From an uncultured virus (IMG/VR IMGVR_UViG_3300028920_000031) (taxonomy: Duplodnaviria > Heunggongvirae > Uroviricota > Caudoviricetes): DNA of 64,000 nt. The notes beneath the pieces are model-generated. The model was not told the origin of the DNA, ran no database searches, and was given only the letters and a program-made list of their open reading frames with translations. The translations under genes were made by a program, and so were the position numbers. This document shows positions 1 to 10,019 of this stretch, one piece after another. Location of the stretch: the IMG/VR virus record IMGVR_UViG_3300028920_000031; one strand, given 5' to 3'. Position 1 is the stretch's first letter. Each line of letters starts with the position of its first letter.

Positions 1-448
1 GGGCCACGGCCGCGTGCCAATGCACGTCATGTCCGCAGCTCAGCAGTGCGACTCCACGCTGGTTTCCGACATGGAGAGCACGGACAGGGAAATCATGGAG
101 CTTCTCGACAACCAGTTCAAGAGATCCGAAGCGATAGTGCGGGAGCACTCCTGCTTCTGTGCCGACGTTGCCGAGCGGCTCAGGGTTTCGGGAAGCCTGT
201 CGTCGGAAGAGATATCGGCGATTGCGGACGCCTACGGCGTGCAGGCCGACGTCGTCGGCTCCGACTTCACCTTCGTCGGGCCGTATTCGAAGATGCTCTC
301 CCAATTCCTCAAGAGCCAAGGTGTCGAATCCGACGGGGAATCCGCCGTCGTGGTCGAAGGGGACGCCATCCGCGAAATTGCGGACGAGCCCGAAGAAATC
401 GCGGCACATTCCCCCAAGAAGAAGCGGAAGCGGAGAAAGGACGGCTGA
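1..448 (+). CDS. C-terminal part of FtsH/peptidase M41-like protein (5' truncated by window)
   Basis: DREIMELLDNQFKRSEAIVREH...VAERLRVSGSLSSEEI resembles the M41 C-terminal helices; frame is open to the window edge. Confidence 0.5.
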   Translation, partial: GHGRVPMHVMSAAQQCDSTLVSDMESTDREIMELLDNQFKRSEAIVREHSCFCADVAERLRVSGSLSSEEISAIADAYGVQADVVGSDFTFVGPYSKMLSQFLKSQGVESDGESAVVVEGDAIREIADEPEEIAAHSPKKKRKRRKDG

Positions 449-449
449 C

Positions 450-2000
450 ATGGAACTTGAATTTATGGAAAAGGCGAACAAGACTACCTCCCTGCAAGAC
501 CAGGTGTCGGCACTGATAGAGAATTCGGAGAGCGAAGTTTGCCGGGCGGAACCGTGCGAAGGGGAGTCCGCCGACGGTTTTCTGGCCAATTTCTTCCGCG
601 GCATGGGAGGTCCGTCGTTTGTCATAGGCGCGGCCGAAGTCGTGCTTTCCAACGCCGGCAGGCTCATGCCCGACAACAAGAGGTATCAGACGGCAGTCAG
701 GGTGGCGAGAGGGGTCATTCCCGCCGCGACGCTCGGATACAAGGTCTACAGCGCCTTCAAGTTCGCGAGCGAGATGTCGGCCCCGAAAGAGGAAAGCCCC
801 TACGCCAGGCGCCGCAGGATCGCAAAGGAGCTGCTGGGACTGTCAGACGGGGAGGACGCCCCGTACCTGCGCGACCACGAGATGGAACTTGGCGAAATTG
901 TCGTGGCATGGCTCTTGGAACTGCCCGAAACCGAGACCCTCCGCATTCTCGGCGTGCATCCCGAAGACGACGCGGAAAAGGTCGTGACCGCGCTTGGAAT
1001 GGGCTACCACCTCGTCAAGGCGTCCCTAAAGGACGTCGGCGAAGTGGTGTTCAGAATGAGGTCGAGCTATATTAGCTCGCTGAAGTCGATAGAGATATAC
1101 AGGCCCGAATCGATAAGTCCGGTTGACGTCTTCACGGCGGTCATGAAGGCATTTCTTGAGAGCAGGGAAATAGAAAATACGGTGATTCAGATGGACGGCT
1201 TCCGGATGTCGAGTCCGCCTCGGCCCTCTCTGGGCTTCACGCCGACGCAGCTGTCGGACGACATGGTCGTCGAGATTCGAAACTGCATCTCCAGAGAACG
1301 CAGGCGCACCTACGCCATGATCGGCGAGCCGGGATGCGGAAAAAGCACGGTGGCGCTCAAGATTCAGGACCTGTTCAGGGAAATTCCCGTCATCGTGATA
1401 AACCTTGCGGAATCCAGCCACATCAGGGACATAGCCCCTGCGTACATGCTGGCAAGATCGGTGTCCCCCGCAATCGTCATCCTCGAGGACATAGACCAGC
1501 TCGACCTTCGGAGCAAGTCGTCCGCGTCCTTGGGAGTGCTCATCGAAATTTTGGACTCCACGAAAATGTTGAGGTCCGTCATCACGATAATGACGCTCAA
1601 CGAGCCCGACAAGGTACATCCCAGCCTGATGGACCGCCGCGGCCGCATCGACCGCATCCTGCGGTTCGGACCGCCAAAAACAGACGCGGAAGTGCGGGAA
1701 GTCCTGCAAGTCTGGAGCAGGGAGCTGTTCGACACGGAGCTTCCCGAGGTCGGGCGGGATTTCTACGACGACATCCTTCGGGAAAAGCTGAATCATGCCG
1801 ACATCAGGGAACTTGTCGAACAGTGCAAGATCAGCGAAGACCGCATTACGGAAGCGGCCCTTCGCAAGGCCCTCGAAAAGCTTCAGCGGTCCAAGAGGGA
1901 TCTGCAGGAATTCATCAGGCTCAGACGGCGCGACCCTTGGGAAGATCTCCGGATCGACGACGAGCTGTCCGAAGCCTCCTGCGAAAGTGCATGTAGGTAG
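450..2000 (+). CDS. AAA+ ATPase
   Basis: Walker A GEPGCGKS, Walker B IVILEDID, SRH TLNEPDKVHPSLMDRRGRIDR. Confidence 0.85.
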   Translation: MELEFMEKANKTTSLQDQVSALIENSESEVCRAEPCEGESADGFLANFFRGMGGPSFVIGAAEVVLSNAGRLMPDNKRYQTAVRVARGVIPAATLGYKVYSAFKFASEMSAPKEESPYARRRRIAKELLGLSDGEDAPYLRDHEMELGEIVVAWLLELPETETLRILGVHPEDDAEKVVTALGMGYHLVKASLKDVGEVVFRMRSSYISSLKSIEIYRPESISPVDVFTAVMKAFLESREIENTVIQMDGFRMSSPPRPSLGFTPTQLSDDMVVEIRNCISRERRRTYAMIGEPGCGKSTVALKIQDLFREIPVIVINLAESSHIRDIAPAYMLARSVSPAIVILEDIDQLDLRSKSSASLGVLIEILDSTKMLRSVITIMTLNEPDKVHPSLMDRRGRIDRILRFGPPKTDAEVREVLQVWSRELFDTELPEVGRDFYDDILREKLNHADIRELVEQCKISEDRITEAALRKALEKLQRSKRDLQEFIRLRRRDPWEDLRIDDELSEASCESACR

Positions 2001-2013
2001 CGGAGACCTGGGC

Positions 2014-2412
2014 GTGAAGTCAGTCAATCAAACTATAACGGAAGAGGAGGGCAACTGCTTCGAGGCATCCATTGCCTCGATCCTCGAAATTCCGATCGAG
2101 CAAGTGCCCGACTTCCAATCGACAAACGATGCCGGCCCCTGGATGGACGAGTTTAACGAATGGCTTCGGCTGTTCGGGCTGCAGGCGGTGCATTTGGAGC
2201 CGGCGGAAAGAAACATGGAGCTTGTGAGAGATTGTTGCTGCGAGGCCACCATCAGATCTCCTAGAATGTACTGGCTGTATCATAGCGTGGTGGTGAAAAA
2301 CGGTGTCGTGATACACGACCCGCATCCGTCAAAGGAATCGCTCGGCAAAGCCGAAAAGCTCATTGCGGTGCTCGCGTTCGTCGCGATCGATCCCGCAAAG
2401 GAAAGAGAATGA
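2014..2412 (+). CDS. Papain/C39 peptidase-like phage protein
   Basis: Q..GNCFEASIASIL, YHSVV, IHDP (Cys-His-Asp order); GTG start after GGAG. Confidence 0.5.
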   Translation: MKSVNQTITEEEGNCFEASIASILEIPIEQVPDFQSTNDAGPWMDEFNEWLRLFGLQAVHLEPAERNMELVRDCCCEATIRSPRMYWLYHSVVVKNGVVIHDPHPSKESLGKAEKLIAVLAFVAIDPAKERE

Positions 2413-3152
2413 GACTGTATTTCGCCCATAACTTCGACAACAGGCGCGAGTTCCGCGAATGGGAACTGGAATTCGAAGAGCGCACTGGCGTTGAGCTGCT
2501 CAATCCGTTTTACGACGCGCCGGAAAAAAAAGAACAGATGGAGCTGCTCGATTCCGAAGAGCAAACCTCAGAACAGCGGCTCAACGAACTTCGTGCGCGG
2601 ACTTTTGACGAGTGCTGCGACATCGTCTATGCCGATCTCGCCAGGCTTGCCTACTGTGACGGACTCTTCACTATCATCGAGAGCGTGAGTTTCGGCACGA
2701 CATGCGAGATCTGCGACTGCAGGGCGTCGGCCAAGCCCGTATTCGTCGTCAGCGAAAAGCATCAATTTCATCCCTGGCTCCGGGTGTATGCCACCCAGAT
2801 CTGGCCGGATCTCAGAAATTTCGAGTTGTCGATTAGAAACGGCGAGCTGGAATGCCCGGACTGGACAAAGGGCAAGCCTCCCGTCAGCCTCGGAAGCCCG
2901 CAAGCCGGACATCAGGCGCCATCCCCCGGATTGTGGAGAGGCGTGGAATGCCCGAAATGCGAAAGCACGAACTGGTATCCGCAACCCGACGAAGACGAAA
3001 TCGATCTCAGCGGCATCGACGTAGAAGCACTGAGATGCTGGGCCTGCAAGCACGAATTCTTCGTCTGCGACCCCGACTTGTTGGGGTACAGTCAGGATAC
3101 GCCCATGAGTCAGGTCATCGTGGACGACGGAGCCGAGACTCCAGGAGCGTAG
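2409..3152 (+). CDS. Nucleoside 2-deoxyribosyltransferase-like domain with C-terminal zinc ribbon
   Basis: RLYFAH, LLNPF, DLARLAYCDG, SFGTTCEI; CPKC...CWAC. Confidence 0.65.
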   Translation: MRLYFAHNFDNRREFREWELEFEERTGVELLNPFYDAPEKKEQMELLDSEEQTSEQRLNELRARTFDECCDIVYADLARLAYCDGLFTIIESVSFGTTCEICDCRASAKPVFVVSEKHQFHPWLRVYATQIWPDLRNFELSIRNGELECPDWTKGKPPVSLGSPQAGHQAPSPGLWRGVECPKCESTNWYPQPDEDEIDLSGIDVEALRCWACKHEFFVCDPDLLGYSQDTPMSQVIVDDGAETPGA

Positions 3153-3155
3153 AAA

Positions 3156-4154
3156 ATGCAAAGATACAAAAACAGGGAAACCGGGCAGGTGTTCGCGTGC
3201 AGGCAGTGGAAAGGCGACGAGAAAGACCCCCATGCCGCCCATTCGGCGTCGGATCCCGAAAAAAAGTGCCCGAAATGCGGCCGTTCCCAAAAAAGCCATG
3301 GCATCTTCGGAGATGGCACGTCGAAAATGACGGCGTGTCCCGGCAGCTGGATTGTTTTTCCCGAAACCGGCGTTTCTCCTCCCGCAGTCTACGGTGAAAC
3401 CATGTTCAGCAAGGCATTCGAGAAGCTACCCGAGCCGCCCTCCGAAAAACAGGACCTGCAGGTAACGGCCGACAACTATGTGCAGCATGTATTGCGGACG
3501 GCCCACAACGACATCGAAGCTGTCAGGGAAAGACTGCAGGATCCGAGAGTACTCGACCTCCTACACGCCTCGATCGGCATGGGCACCGAAGCCGGGGAGA
3601 TGCTCGACGTCTTGAAGAAACACATCTGGTATGGCAAGCCGATCGACTGGGCGAACGTCGTCGAGGAGCTGGGAGATATTTCTTGGTATGTCGGGCTTGG
3701 CTGCCATGCGGCGCAGACCCCCCTGCAGGACGCCTTGGAAAAGAACGTCAGGAAGCTCGACCTCAGATACAAGAAAGGCTTTTCGGAAACCCGGGCAAGG
3801 GACAGGGACCTCGAAGCCGAAAGAGCCATTTTCGAATATTTTGCCACGTCCGACCAGAAAGCGGACGGATACGGCACATGCGACCACTGCGGGCTGGCGC
3901 GGCCGAGAGCCGTGCTTGAAGACGACGGAAACGGACTTCGCATCTGCGACCGCTGTCTCGAAAATCTGGCGATGTGCCCGACCTGCAACGGGCAAGGGCA
4001 CTATATCAAGAGCTCGGACAGCACCGGGACTTTCGGCGGCACCTGCGAATACTGTAGCGGTAGCGGCTGGGTAAAGAAGGAGTATCTCTGCGAGCACGGG
4101 GAATTCGAGGAAATCTGTCCGTTTTGCCATCCCGAAGAGGAGGAGAAAAGCTGA
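3156..4154 (+). CDS. MazG-like NTP pyrophosphohydrolase fused to zinc fingers
   Basis: LLHASIGMGTEAGEMLDVLKK...EELGDISWY; CPTCNGQG/CEYCSGSG repeats. Confidence 0.8.
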   Translation: MQRYKNRETGQVFACRQWKGDEKDPHAAHSASDPEKKCPKCGRSQKSHGIFGDGTSKMTACPGSWIVFPETGVSPPAVYGETMFSKAFEKLPEPPSEKQDLQVTADNYVQHVLRTAHNDIEAVRERLQDPRVLDLLHASIGMGTEAGEMLDVLKKHIWYGKPIDWANVVEELGDISWYVGLGCHAAQTPLQDALEKNVRKLDLRYKKGFSETRARDRDLEAERAIFEYFATSDQKADGYGTCDHCGLARPRAVLEDDGNGLRICDRCLENLAMCPTCNGQGHYIKSSDSTGTFGGTCEYCSGSGWVKKEYLCEHGEFEEICPFCHPEEEEKS

Positions 4155-4165
4155 CCTCGGAATTA
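4137..4165 (+). promoter_or_regulatory. Class II promoter-like motif GAGG-N19-GAATTA
   Basis: Same bipartite motif and 19-bp spacer as five other sites. Confidence 0.45.
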
Positions 4166-4178
4166 TAGCGAAACGGAG

Positions 4179-5072
4179 ATGTTCCATATGTCCTACGTCT
4201 ACAATGTCAAGGAAATCATGCCCGTCCGATGCCGGGCGAATTTCGATATCCAAGTTCTCAACGACCGGGGCGAACAGCTCTGGCGCGGCAGCGGTACGAT
4301 AGAGAGGGACCGGCAATCAGGGGGCAAGCCCGAATTCGTCGGCGATGCCCACATTCAGCATCTCTACGTCACAAAAATGCGGCAGAAAGCACCGGGTACA
4401 TATTTCAGCATTGAATTCCGCGAGCCGACGCTCAGGAAGGCAAAGAACAGGATGATCAGGGAAATCGGGACCGCGCTGATTCCGCTCGTGGAACGGCAAG
4501 AAGGGCAGGACATCGAATTCTCGGAGCCTTGGGCGCCGGCACCGCGGGCCTTGGAACCCCCCAATCCCGACTCGATTCGCAACCGGGGCGTCGAGTTTCC
4601 GCCGTATCCTCCCGGCATGGGGCCTCCCGAGGAGGACAAAACCGAAAAATCGCGACGCCTCAACACTCTTGGCCCGGGCAACGCAAGGGCCGACGATCCA
4701 GGACCCGACTGGGACAGCCCCTACAATACCGGCAATCCGCAGGTGAGGGGCGAACCGGCAGTCGGGTGGCTGCCCAGAGCCGGATTCGTGGGACAGACAA
4801 TCCTGACTCCGAAAATGGCCGAAGCCAAAATGGGAGGCAGCGTCGAAGAGGATGCCAAGAAGCTCTATCGGCGAGTCCTCGAGGAAACCGACGACTGGAA
4901 TTCCTGGGGCGTCTACGAGCTCTTCCCCGACGCCAACAGCCATCAGGCTCTTGCCGCCGCCAAATACGTTGTCGGACAGATGCGGGAAAACTACGCCGAA
5001 CAATACGAACCCGAATGGTGGTGGCTGATAGAAGAACGCCTGCGCCCGATGGTGCTTGCGAACCTTATCTGA
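4179..5072 (+). CDS. Hypothetical protein
   Basis: 297-aa ORF with GGAG RBS. Confidence 0.7.
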   Translation: MFHMSYVYNVKEIMPVRCRANFDIQVLNDRGEQLWRGSGTIERDRQSGGKPEFVGDAHIQHLYVTKMRQKAPGTYFSIEFREPTLRKAKNRMIREIGTALIPLVERQEGQDIEFSEPWAPAPRALEPPNPDSIRNRGVEFPPYPPGMGPPEEDKTEKSRRLNTLGPGNARADDPGPDWDSPYNTGNPQVRGEPAVGWLPRAGFVGQTILTPKMAEAKMGGSVEEDAKKLYRRVLEETDDWNSWGVYELFPDANSHQALAAAKYVVGQMRENYAEQYEPEWWWLIEERLRPMVLANLI

Positions 5073-5116
5073 ATTTCGTCTCGTTGTACAATGTCAGTAC
5101 AAAGGAGCAGGTCAAC

Positions 5117-5362
5117 ATGGTATTCGAGCTTCCAAGCGGAATTCGTATAGCATCCGTGGTTCTCGAGCAAGAGCCCGATTCGTGCGAAACCCCCAATGAC
5201 ATCCAAGAACTTTCCATTCGCATGGACGACGCCGGCGAAGGACATTTCTGCCGACTGTCCACCGAAAGATGGAGCGTTGACGATCCGGACGCCTTCGCCA
5301 AAATGCTTCGACAGCTGGCGGCTCAATGCGACGCTTGGACAGAAGAAGCCTTGAACAGGTGA
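5117..5362 (+). CDS. Hypothetical protein
   Basis: AAGGAG RBS, MVFELPSG start. Confidence 0.65.
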   Translation: MVFELPSGIRIASVVLEQEPDSCETPNDIQELSIRMDDAGEGHFCRLSTERWSVDDPDAFAKMLRQLAAQCDAWTEEALNR

Positions 5363-5366
5363 AACG

Positions 5367-6161
5367 ATGGGAAAGCCTGAGTCCGATCTCTGCGAGTGGT
5401 TCATGGCGGCGGCGCGCGAAAAGGGCTGGACGTGCTATCCCGAGACTTCGGACTGGGACATCCTGCTCGTTCGCGACGACATTCAGGTCGGCGTCCAAGC
5501 CAAGATGACTCCGAACGTCAAATTGCTGAAACAGTGTCTCCCAGACAGGCTGAGATGGAGCACGTCGATGCTGGCACATCCCGAAAAGTTCAGAGGTTAT
5601 GTCACGGGCCCGAACTTCAGAGTGGCTCTCGTCCCTCTGAAGGGGAAGGCGAAAAGCCTCGAAAATTTCGAGTTCGTGGCCAAGACGCTGGGCATCTGGG
5701 TCGTCGAAAAAAACAATTCGAAATCAAAAAAAATGAACGAGCGATACGATTTCGGCATCGGCATCCTCGAAGACCAGAAGCATATGGACGCCTATGACTG
5801 GAAGCCGATGAAAAAGTGCTGGATCCCCGATGTCGTGCCCGACGTCGAGGCCGGCGTCAAGTCCCCCGTGTCCCTGACCCGCTGGAAACAGTCCGCCATG
5901 CGGCTAATTGCGAGGGCTCGAGTCCGCGGATATGTCACGTCCAAGGACGCCAAGGAACTCGGCGTGAGCATGGAACGGTTCGTCGCAAGGTTTAGCGCGA
6001 ACCATGAGCCCTGGATGAAATTTGCGGGCAAACAAGGCAGGTTCCACAAGTACGCCCTGCAGGGCGAAGATCCCGAGAGGCCCGACAAGCAGATGCCGGA
6101 GGCATACAAGTTTTTCTTGGAAGAGGCCAGAAAAGAAAGCGAGGAAATCGATGGCGTTTAG
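5367..6161 (+). CDS. Hypothetical phage protein (possible PD-(D/E)xK-like N-terminus)
   Basis: YPETSDWDILLVR...GVQAK. Confidence 0.6.
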   Translation: MGKPESDLCEWFMAAAREKGWTCYPETSDWDILLVRDDIQVGVQAKMTPNVKLLKQCLPDRLRWSTSMLAHPEKFRGYVTGPNFRVALVPLKGKAKSLENFEFVAKTLGIWVVEKNNSKSKKMNERYDFGIGILEDQKHMDAYDWKPMKKCWIPDVVPDVEAGVKSPVSLTRWKQSAMRLIARARVRGYVTSKDAKELGVSMERFVARFSANHEPWMKFAGKQGRFHKYALQGEDPERPDKQMPEAYKFFLEEARKESEEIDGV

Positions 6162-7455
6162 GGAAAAAGTCGAGAAGAAAAAGGCCAAAGTAGGCGTGGT
6201 CGGCCTCGGATATGTGGGACTTCCTCTCCTGCTCGAATTCGCCGAAGCCGGATTCGTCGTTTTCGGCATTGACATTGACCTGAACAAGGCGGTGAGCCTT
6301 CAGGACGGGAAATCGTATATCAGGCACATATCCTCTGAAAAGATCAGCAGGCTGATCAGGGAAAATGACAAAGCGACCACCTCGGTTGATTTCGCATTCG
6401 CAAATGCCTGTGACGCACTGCTGATCTGTGTCCCGACCCCGCTGTCTGATCACAGGGAGCCGGAGCTTTCATACATCAGGTCGACTGCGGAACTGATCGG
6501 GCCCCATATGCGGGAAGGACAGCTCATCTGCCTTGAGTCTACGACATACCCCGGCACGACTGAAGACGTCCTGATTCCCATCTTGGAAGAAAAATCCGGT
6601 CTGAAAGCCGGACTTGACTTCATGGTCGCCTATTCGCCGGAAAGGGAAGATCCCAACAACAAGAAATATTCGACGTCCACGATTCCGAAGGTTGTCGGCG
6701 GCATCGACGGGGCCTCGCTCGACTGCGCCAGAGCGCTCTACGACGCCGTGATCTGCGAAACTGTTCCTGTGTCGTCGTGCAGGGCTGCAGAGGCGACGAA
6801 GCTGATGGAAAACATCTTCAGGAGCGTAAACATCGCGCTGGTCAACGAGATGAAGACCGTGCTCGCCGCAATGGACATCGACGTCTGGGAAGTCATCGAG
6901 GCCGCCAAGACGAAGCCCTTCGGCTATATGCCGTTCTATCCAGGCCCTGGATTAGGCGGGCACTGCATCCCCATCGACCCCTTCTACCTGACCTGGAAAG
7001 CCCGCGAGTACGGCCTGAGCACGAGATTCATCGAGCTCGCCGGCGAAATCAATACCGCGATGCCGCGCCAGGTGGCCCTCCAGACGATGCTCGCCGCCAA
7101 CGCCAAGGGCATGACGATCCGCGGCGCCAAGGTCCTGATTGTGGGCCTTGCATACAAGAAGAACACCGACGACGACCGCGAAAGCCCGGCGTACGCCCTC
7201 TGGGAACAGTTCGAACAGGTCGGAGCCGAAGTCTCCTACTACGACCCGCTCTGTCCAGAAGTCAGGCACTCGCGGCAGAACGCTGATCTCTGCGGGAGAA
7301 AATCCGTGTCCTATGCAGATGTCAGGGATTTCGACGTCGCAGTGATCTCGACGGCCCACGACTGCGTCGACCACGACGTCATCGCGGAACTGGTCCCCTT
7401 GGTAATCGACACCCGCAACGCGTGCAAGCTCGCGCACAACGTAGTGAAGGCATAG
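6151..7455 (+). CDS. Nucleotide-sugar dehydrogenase (UDP-glucose/GDP-mannose dehydrogenase family, WbpA/WecC-like)
   Basis: GVVGLGYVG, ICVPTP, LESTTYPGTT, AYSPER, GPGLGGHCIPIDP, GLAYKKNTDDDRESP. Confidence 0.95.
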   Translation: MAFREKVEKKKAKVGVVGLGYVGLPLLLEFAEAGFVVFGIDIDLNKAVSLQDGKSYIRHISSEKISRLIRENDKATTSVDFAFANACDALLICVPTPLSDHREPELSYIRSTAELIGPHMREGQLICLESTTYPGTTEDVLIPILEEKSGLKAGLDFMVAYSPEREDPNNKKYSTSTIPKVVGGIDGASLDCARALYDAVICETVPVSSCRAAEATKLMENIFRSVNIALVNEMKTVLAAMDIDVWEVIEAAKTKPFGYMPFYPGPGLGGHCIPIDPFYLTWKAREYGLSTRFIELAGEINTAMPRQVALQTMLAANAKGMTIRGAKVLIVGLAYKKNTDDDRESPAYALWEQFEQVGAEVSYYDPLCPEVRHSRQNADLCGRKSVSYADVRDFDVAVISTAHDCVDHDVIAELVPLVIDTRNACKLAHNVVKA

Positions 7456-7457
7456 CG

Positions 7458-7868
7458 ATGACAGGATTTTCCCAGGAATGGTCGCTCAGGGCCGCCTCCG
7501 GCAACGAAAAGGATCTTCACGGATCCGAGGAAGAAGGCTGGATCGGCGTCGATCTCGACGGAACGCTAGCCGAATATCACGGCTGGAAAGGACCGGAACA
7601 CATCGGCAAGGCAATCCCGAAAATGGTCGACCGGGTTAAGCAATGGCTCGAAGAGGGCAAGGACGTCAGGATCATGACGGCCCGGGTCGCCCCCGGCAAG
7701 GGAGATGCGGAAAAATACCGCGAACGCATAGAGGAATGGGTCGAAAAGACGTTCGGCCGCGAACTGCCCGTCACGCACGAGAAGGATCGCGAAATGCTCG
7801 AGCTCTGGGACGATCGCGTGGTTCAAGTCGTTCCGAACACCGGCGAGCGAGCGGACGGCAAAGACTAA
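7458..7868 (+). CDS. Small HAD-family phosphatase (phage PNKP/nucleotidase-like)
   Basis: IGVDLDGTL, IMTAR, K, LWDDR motifs I-IV. Confidence 0.8.
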   Translation: MTGFSQEWSLRAASGNEKDLHGSEEEGWIGVDLDGTLAEYHGWKGPEHIGKAIPKMVDRVKQWLEEGKDVRIMTARVAPGKGDAEKYRERIEEWVEKTFGRELPVTHEKDREMLELWDDRVVQVVPNTGERADGKD

Positions 7869-7889
7869 AAGGGGCGGACCCGGACCGGT

Positions 7890-8498
7890 TCAGCCGAGCT
7901 TTGAAAGCGACTTGACGTCGTCCGAAGAGATCCTGCCCTTGGCGATCCATTCCTTGACGTCTGAAAACGAGAACTGCACCATGCGCTCGCCGGCATAGTC
8001 GGCATAGCGGAGCTTCATCGTCTTGGGGTCGTGCCTTGGCGCCCAGTCGGGATCGGCTTCCATCTCCACGAGCTTCTCGGGGTCGCCGCAGGCATACAGC
8101 GTCTTGATCGGCGGATAAGCCACCGCAGTTATGTTCGCCCGTACTTCTTCTTCGCCCGCCGGGGTCCAAAAAGCCGAATATCCCTCGGTTCCGGCCCACA
8201 TGTCGTCGGCCGGCAATGCCGTGACCTCGCTGTCAAATTCGTCGACTGCGGCGACTGCCGACGCGACCTTCCACAGAATTTCTCCCACTTCCTTGGCAGG
8301 CGGTGGAGCGTCGTCTTCGCGCTCCATGAAGGGGGACAGCTCGACATCGATCAGGGCGTCGATACCGCCCACGTCGCCCGTCCTGGCCACCTCCCTGAGA
8401 CACTTCTGCAGTTCGGCGGCCTGTTCCAGCCTTTCGGACACGGAAATGTCTTTTCCAATAGTGAGCCTGATCGCTGTCATGATAATCTCCTTTGGCAT
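7890..8498 (-). CDS. Hypothetical protein
   Basis: 202-aa ORF. Confidence 0.6.
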   Translation of the reverse strand: MPKEIIMTAIRLTIGKDISVSERLEQAAELQKCLREVARTGDVGGIDALIDVELSPFMEREDDAPPPAKEVGEILWKVASAVAAVDEFDSEVTALPADDMWAGTEGYSAFWTPAGEEEVRANITAVAYPPIKTLYACGDPEKLVEMEADPDWAPRHDPKTMKLRYADYAGERMVQFSFSDVKEWIAKGRISSDDVKSLSKLG

Positions 8499-8628
8499 TT
8501 AGGTTAATATGGAGCGAATAGGGTCCGATTCAAGTCCGCTGGGCCGATTAGGCCCCCGGCCATCCGAGTCTTGCGAGAAAGCTCGCCAGCTCCTCTTCCT
8601 GCCTTCCGAGCTCTTCAAACAGCCGATA

Positions 8629-9159
8629 TCATTCTTCGTCTCCGGAGCTGGCCGCCACGGAGACGGCGGACGGATTGTAGATGACGACGCCCTCGAAAGA
8701 CCTGTCCGCGAGGCCGTCGATCCCCGCGCGAACCATGATTCGGTCGAAGCCGTCCAGGCTGACGAGACCCCCGTTTTTCGATATCTTCGCGTATTCGCCC
8801 CAGTCGGCGGCGTCGCGGAGGTCGAATATTCGTGCCGCGGGCGAGATGCGCACCGCCAGTACGGCGCCTCGGGCATCCTCTTCCGCCCAGTCCGCGTAGT
8901 TGGACAGGGCGAGAGAGGCGTCGGGAGTGGTGTAGAAGCCCCTGCCGAAATACCCCTTGGTCGACTTCGACTGGTCGACGCCCCTGGCGGCTATGTCCTC
9001 GGCGCCGGCAACTGACGTGCCGTGAAAGACCACGCGCCCCGCCCACTCTCCCGGAGAGACCGACGACATCGGAGCCGACCATTCGGCGACAAGGGCGTCG
9101 AACGACGCCCCCGCCGTCCGGGGCAGAGACAGGGTCCATTCTGGGGAAAACGATATCAT
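8629..9159 (-). CDS. ADP-ribosyltransferase-like protein (H-Y-E/PARP-like)
   Basis: VFHGT, YFGRGFYTT...NYA, FEGVVIYNP. Confidence 0.7.
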   Translation of the reverse strand: MISFSPEWTLSLPRTAGASFDALVAEWSAPMSSVSPGEWAGRVVFHGTSVAGAEDIAARGVDQSKSTKGYFGRGFYTTPDASLALSNYADWAEEDARGAVLAVRISPAARIFDLRDAADWGEYAKISKNGGLVSLDGFDRIMVRAGIDGLADRSFEGVVIYNPSAVSVAASSGDEE

Positions 9160-9165
9160 GCGCTA

Positions 9166-9194
9166 TTATTCCGCACACGGACAAAAATGCCCTG
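9166..9194 (-). promoter_or_regulatory. Class II promoter-like motif CAGG-N19-GAATAA
   Basis: Immediately upstream of the ART gene. Confidence 0.5.
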
Positions 9195-9266
9195 TTTCCG
9201 CGGGAACGGCTTGACATCGGAAGGACAGGTGCCATATTGCGGTATTGCGGAAAGAAATGAGTCGCT

Positions 9267-9312
9267 GTCAACCACCCACGACTGAAGCCGTGGGCTTTCT
9301 GGTGCGAAGATC
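9267..9312. mobile_element. Solo IS200/IS605-type end hairpin (minimal element or scar)
   Basis: GTCAACCACCCACGACTGAAGCCGTGGGCTT, near-identical to 14095-14125. Confidence 0.65.
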
Positions 9313-9315
9313 GTA

Positions 9316-9471
9316 ATGGTAATGATCACGAAAGAGCAATGCGGAACTCTGTCCACGGCCCTCGACGAGAGCGAAGACGAATTCCAGGAAATGGCATCCG
9401 AAATCTACGAGACGGCTCCGAAATTCAAAATTGTCAACTATGTGGCAATACCCGAATGGGAAAAGCTGTGA
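9316..9471 (+). CDS. Small hypothetical protein
   Basis: 51-aa ORF overlapping next gene by GTGA. Confidence 0.45.
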   Translation: MVMITKEQCGTLSTALDESEDEFQEMASEIYETAPKFKIVNYVAIPEWEKL

Positions 9472-9866
9472 GCGAATGGAAAGCAGAAAGGACGCTGGGC
9501 CCGATATTCGTGGTGAGCAACGGATCCGTGCCCATGATCGTCTTCATGATGCTGAGCTCGAATTCGCCGACCTGCGAACTTGCGGACGCCGCGGCCGAAG
9601 TCATGAACGACGGCCCGAACCGGAACTGGTGCGGCCGCTCCCTGTCCGAATGGCTGTCCGGCTGCGAGAGAGGCGGAAGCTGCGAATATCTCGACGGGCA
9701 GGGCAATTCGATCATGTTCGGCGTCGGCGAATGGGTCGAGGCGGAGGCCGGCGCTGAAAAATCGTTCTCCGTCCACTGCACTGGCAAGGAGATAGAGCAG
9801 GGAGAGGCCCTGGAGCGTGAATTCCTCACCAGGATCGGCCTCGGGGAAATTGCCGAAGAACCATAG
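9468..9866 (+). CDS. Hypothetical protein
   Basis: GTG start coupled to upstream stop. Confidence 0.55.
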   Translation: MSEWKAERTLGPIFVVSNGSVPMIVFMMLSSNSPTCELADAAAEVMNDGPNRNWCGRSLSEWLSGCERGGSCEYLDGQGNSIMFGVGEWVEAEAGAEKSFSVHCTGKEIEQGEALEREFLTRIGLGEIAEEP

Positions 9867-10019
9867 GAGAACAGAAATGCCCAGAACCGCGACGGAAAAG
9901 AAGCTGACCTCTGGAAAATATGTCGAATATCTCTGCGATTCCTACGGAAGCGGCAGATCAGGTGCCGATCTTGAGCACCTCGACGAATTCCAAGAGCGCG
10001 ACAGAAAAAGGACTGAACC

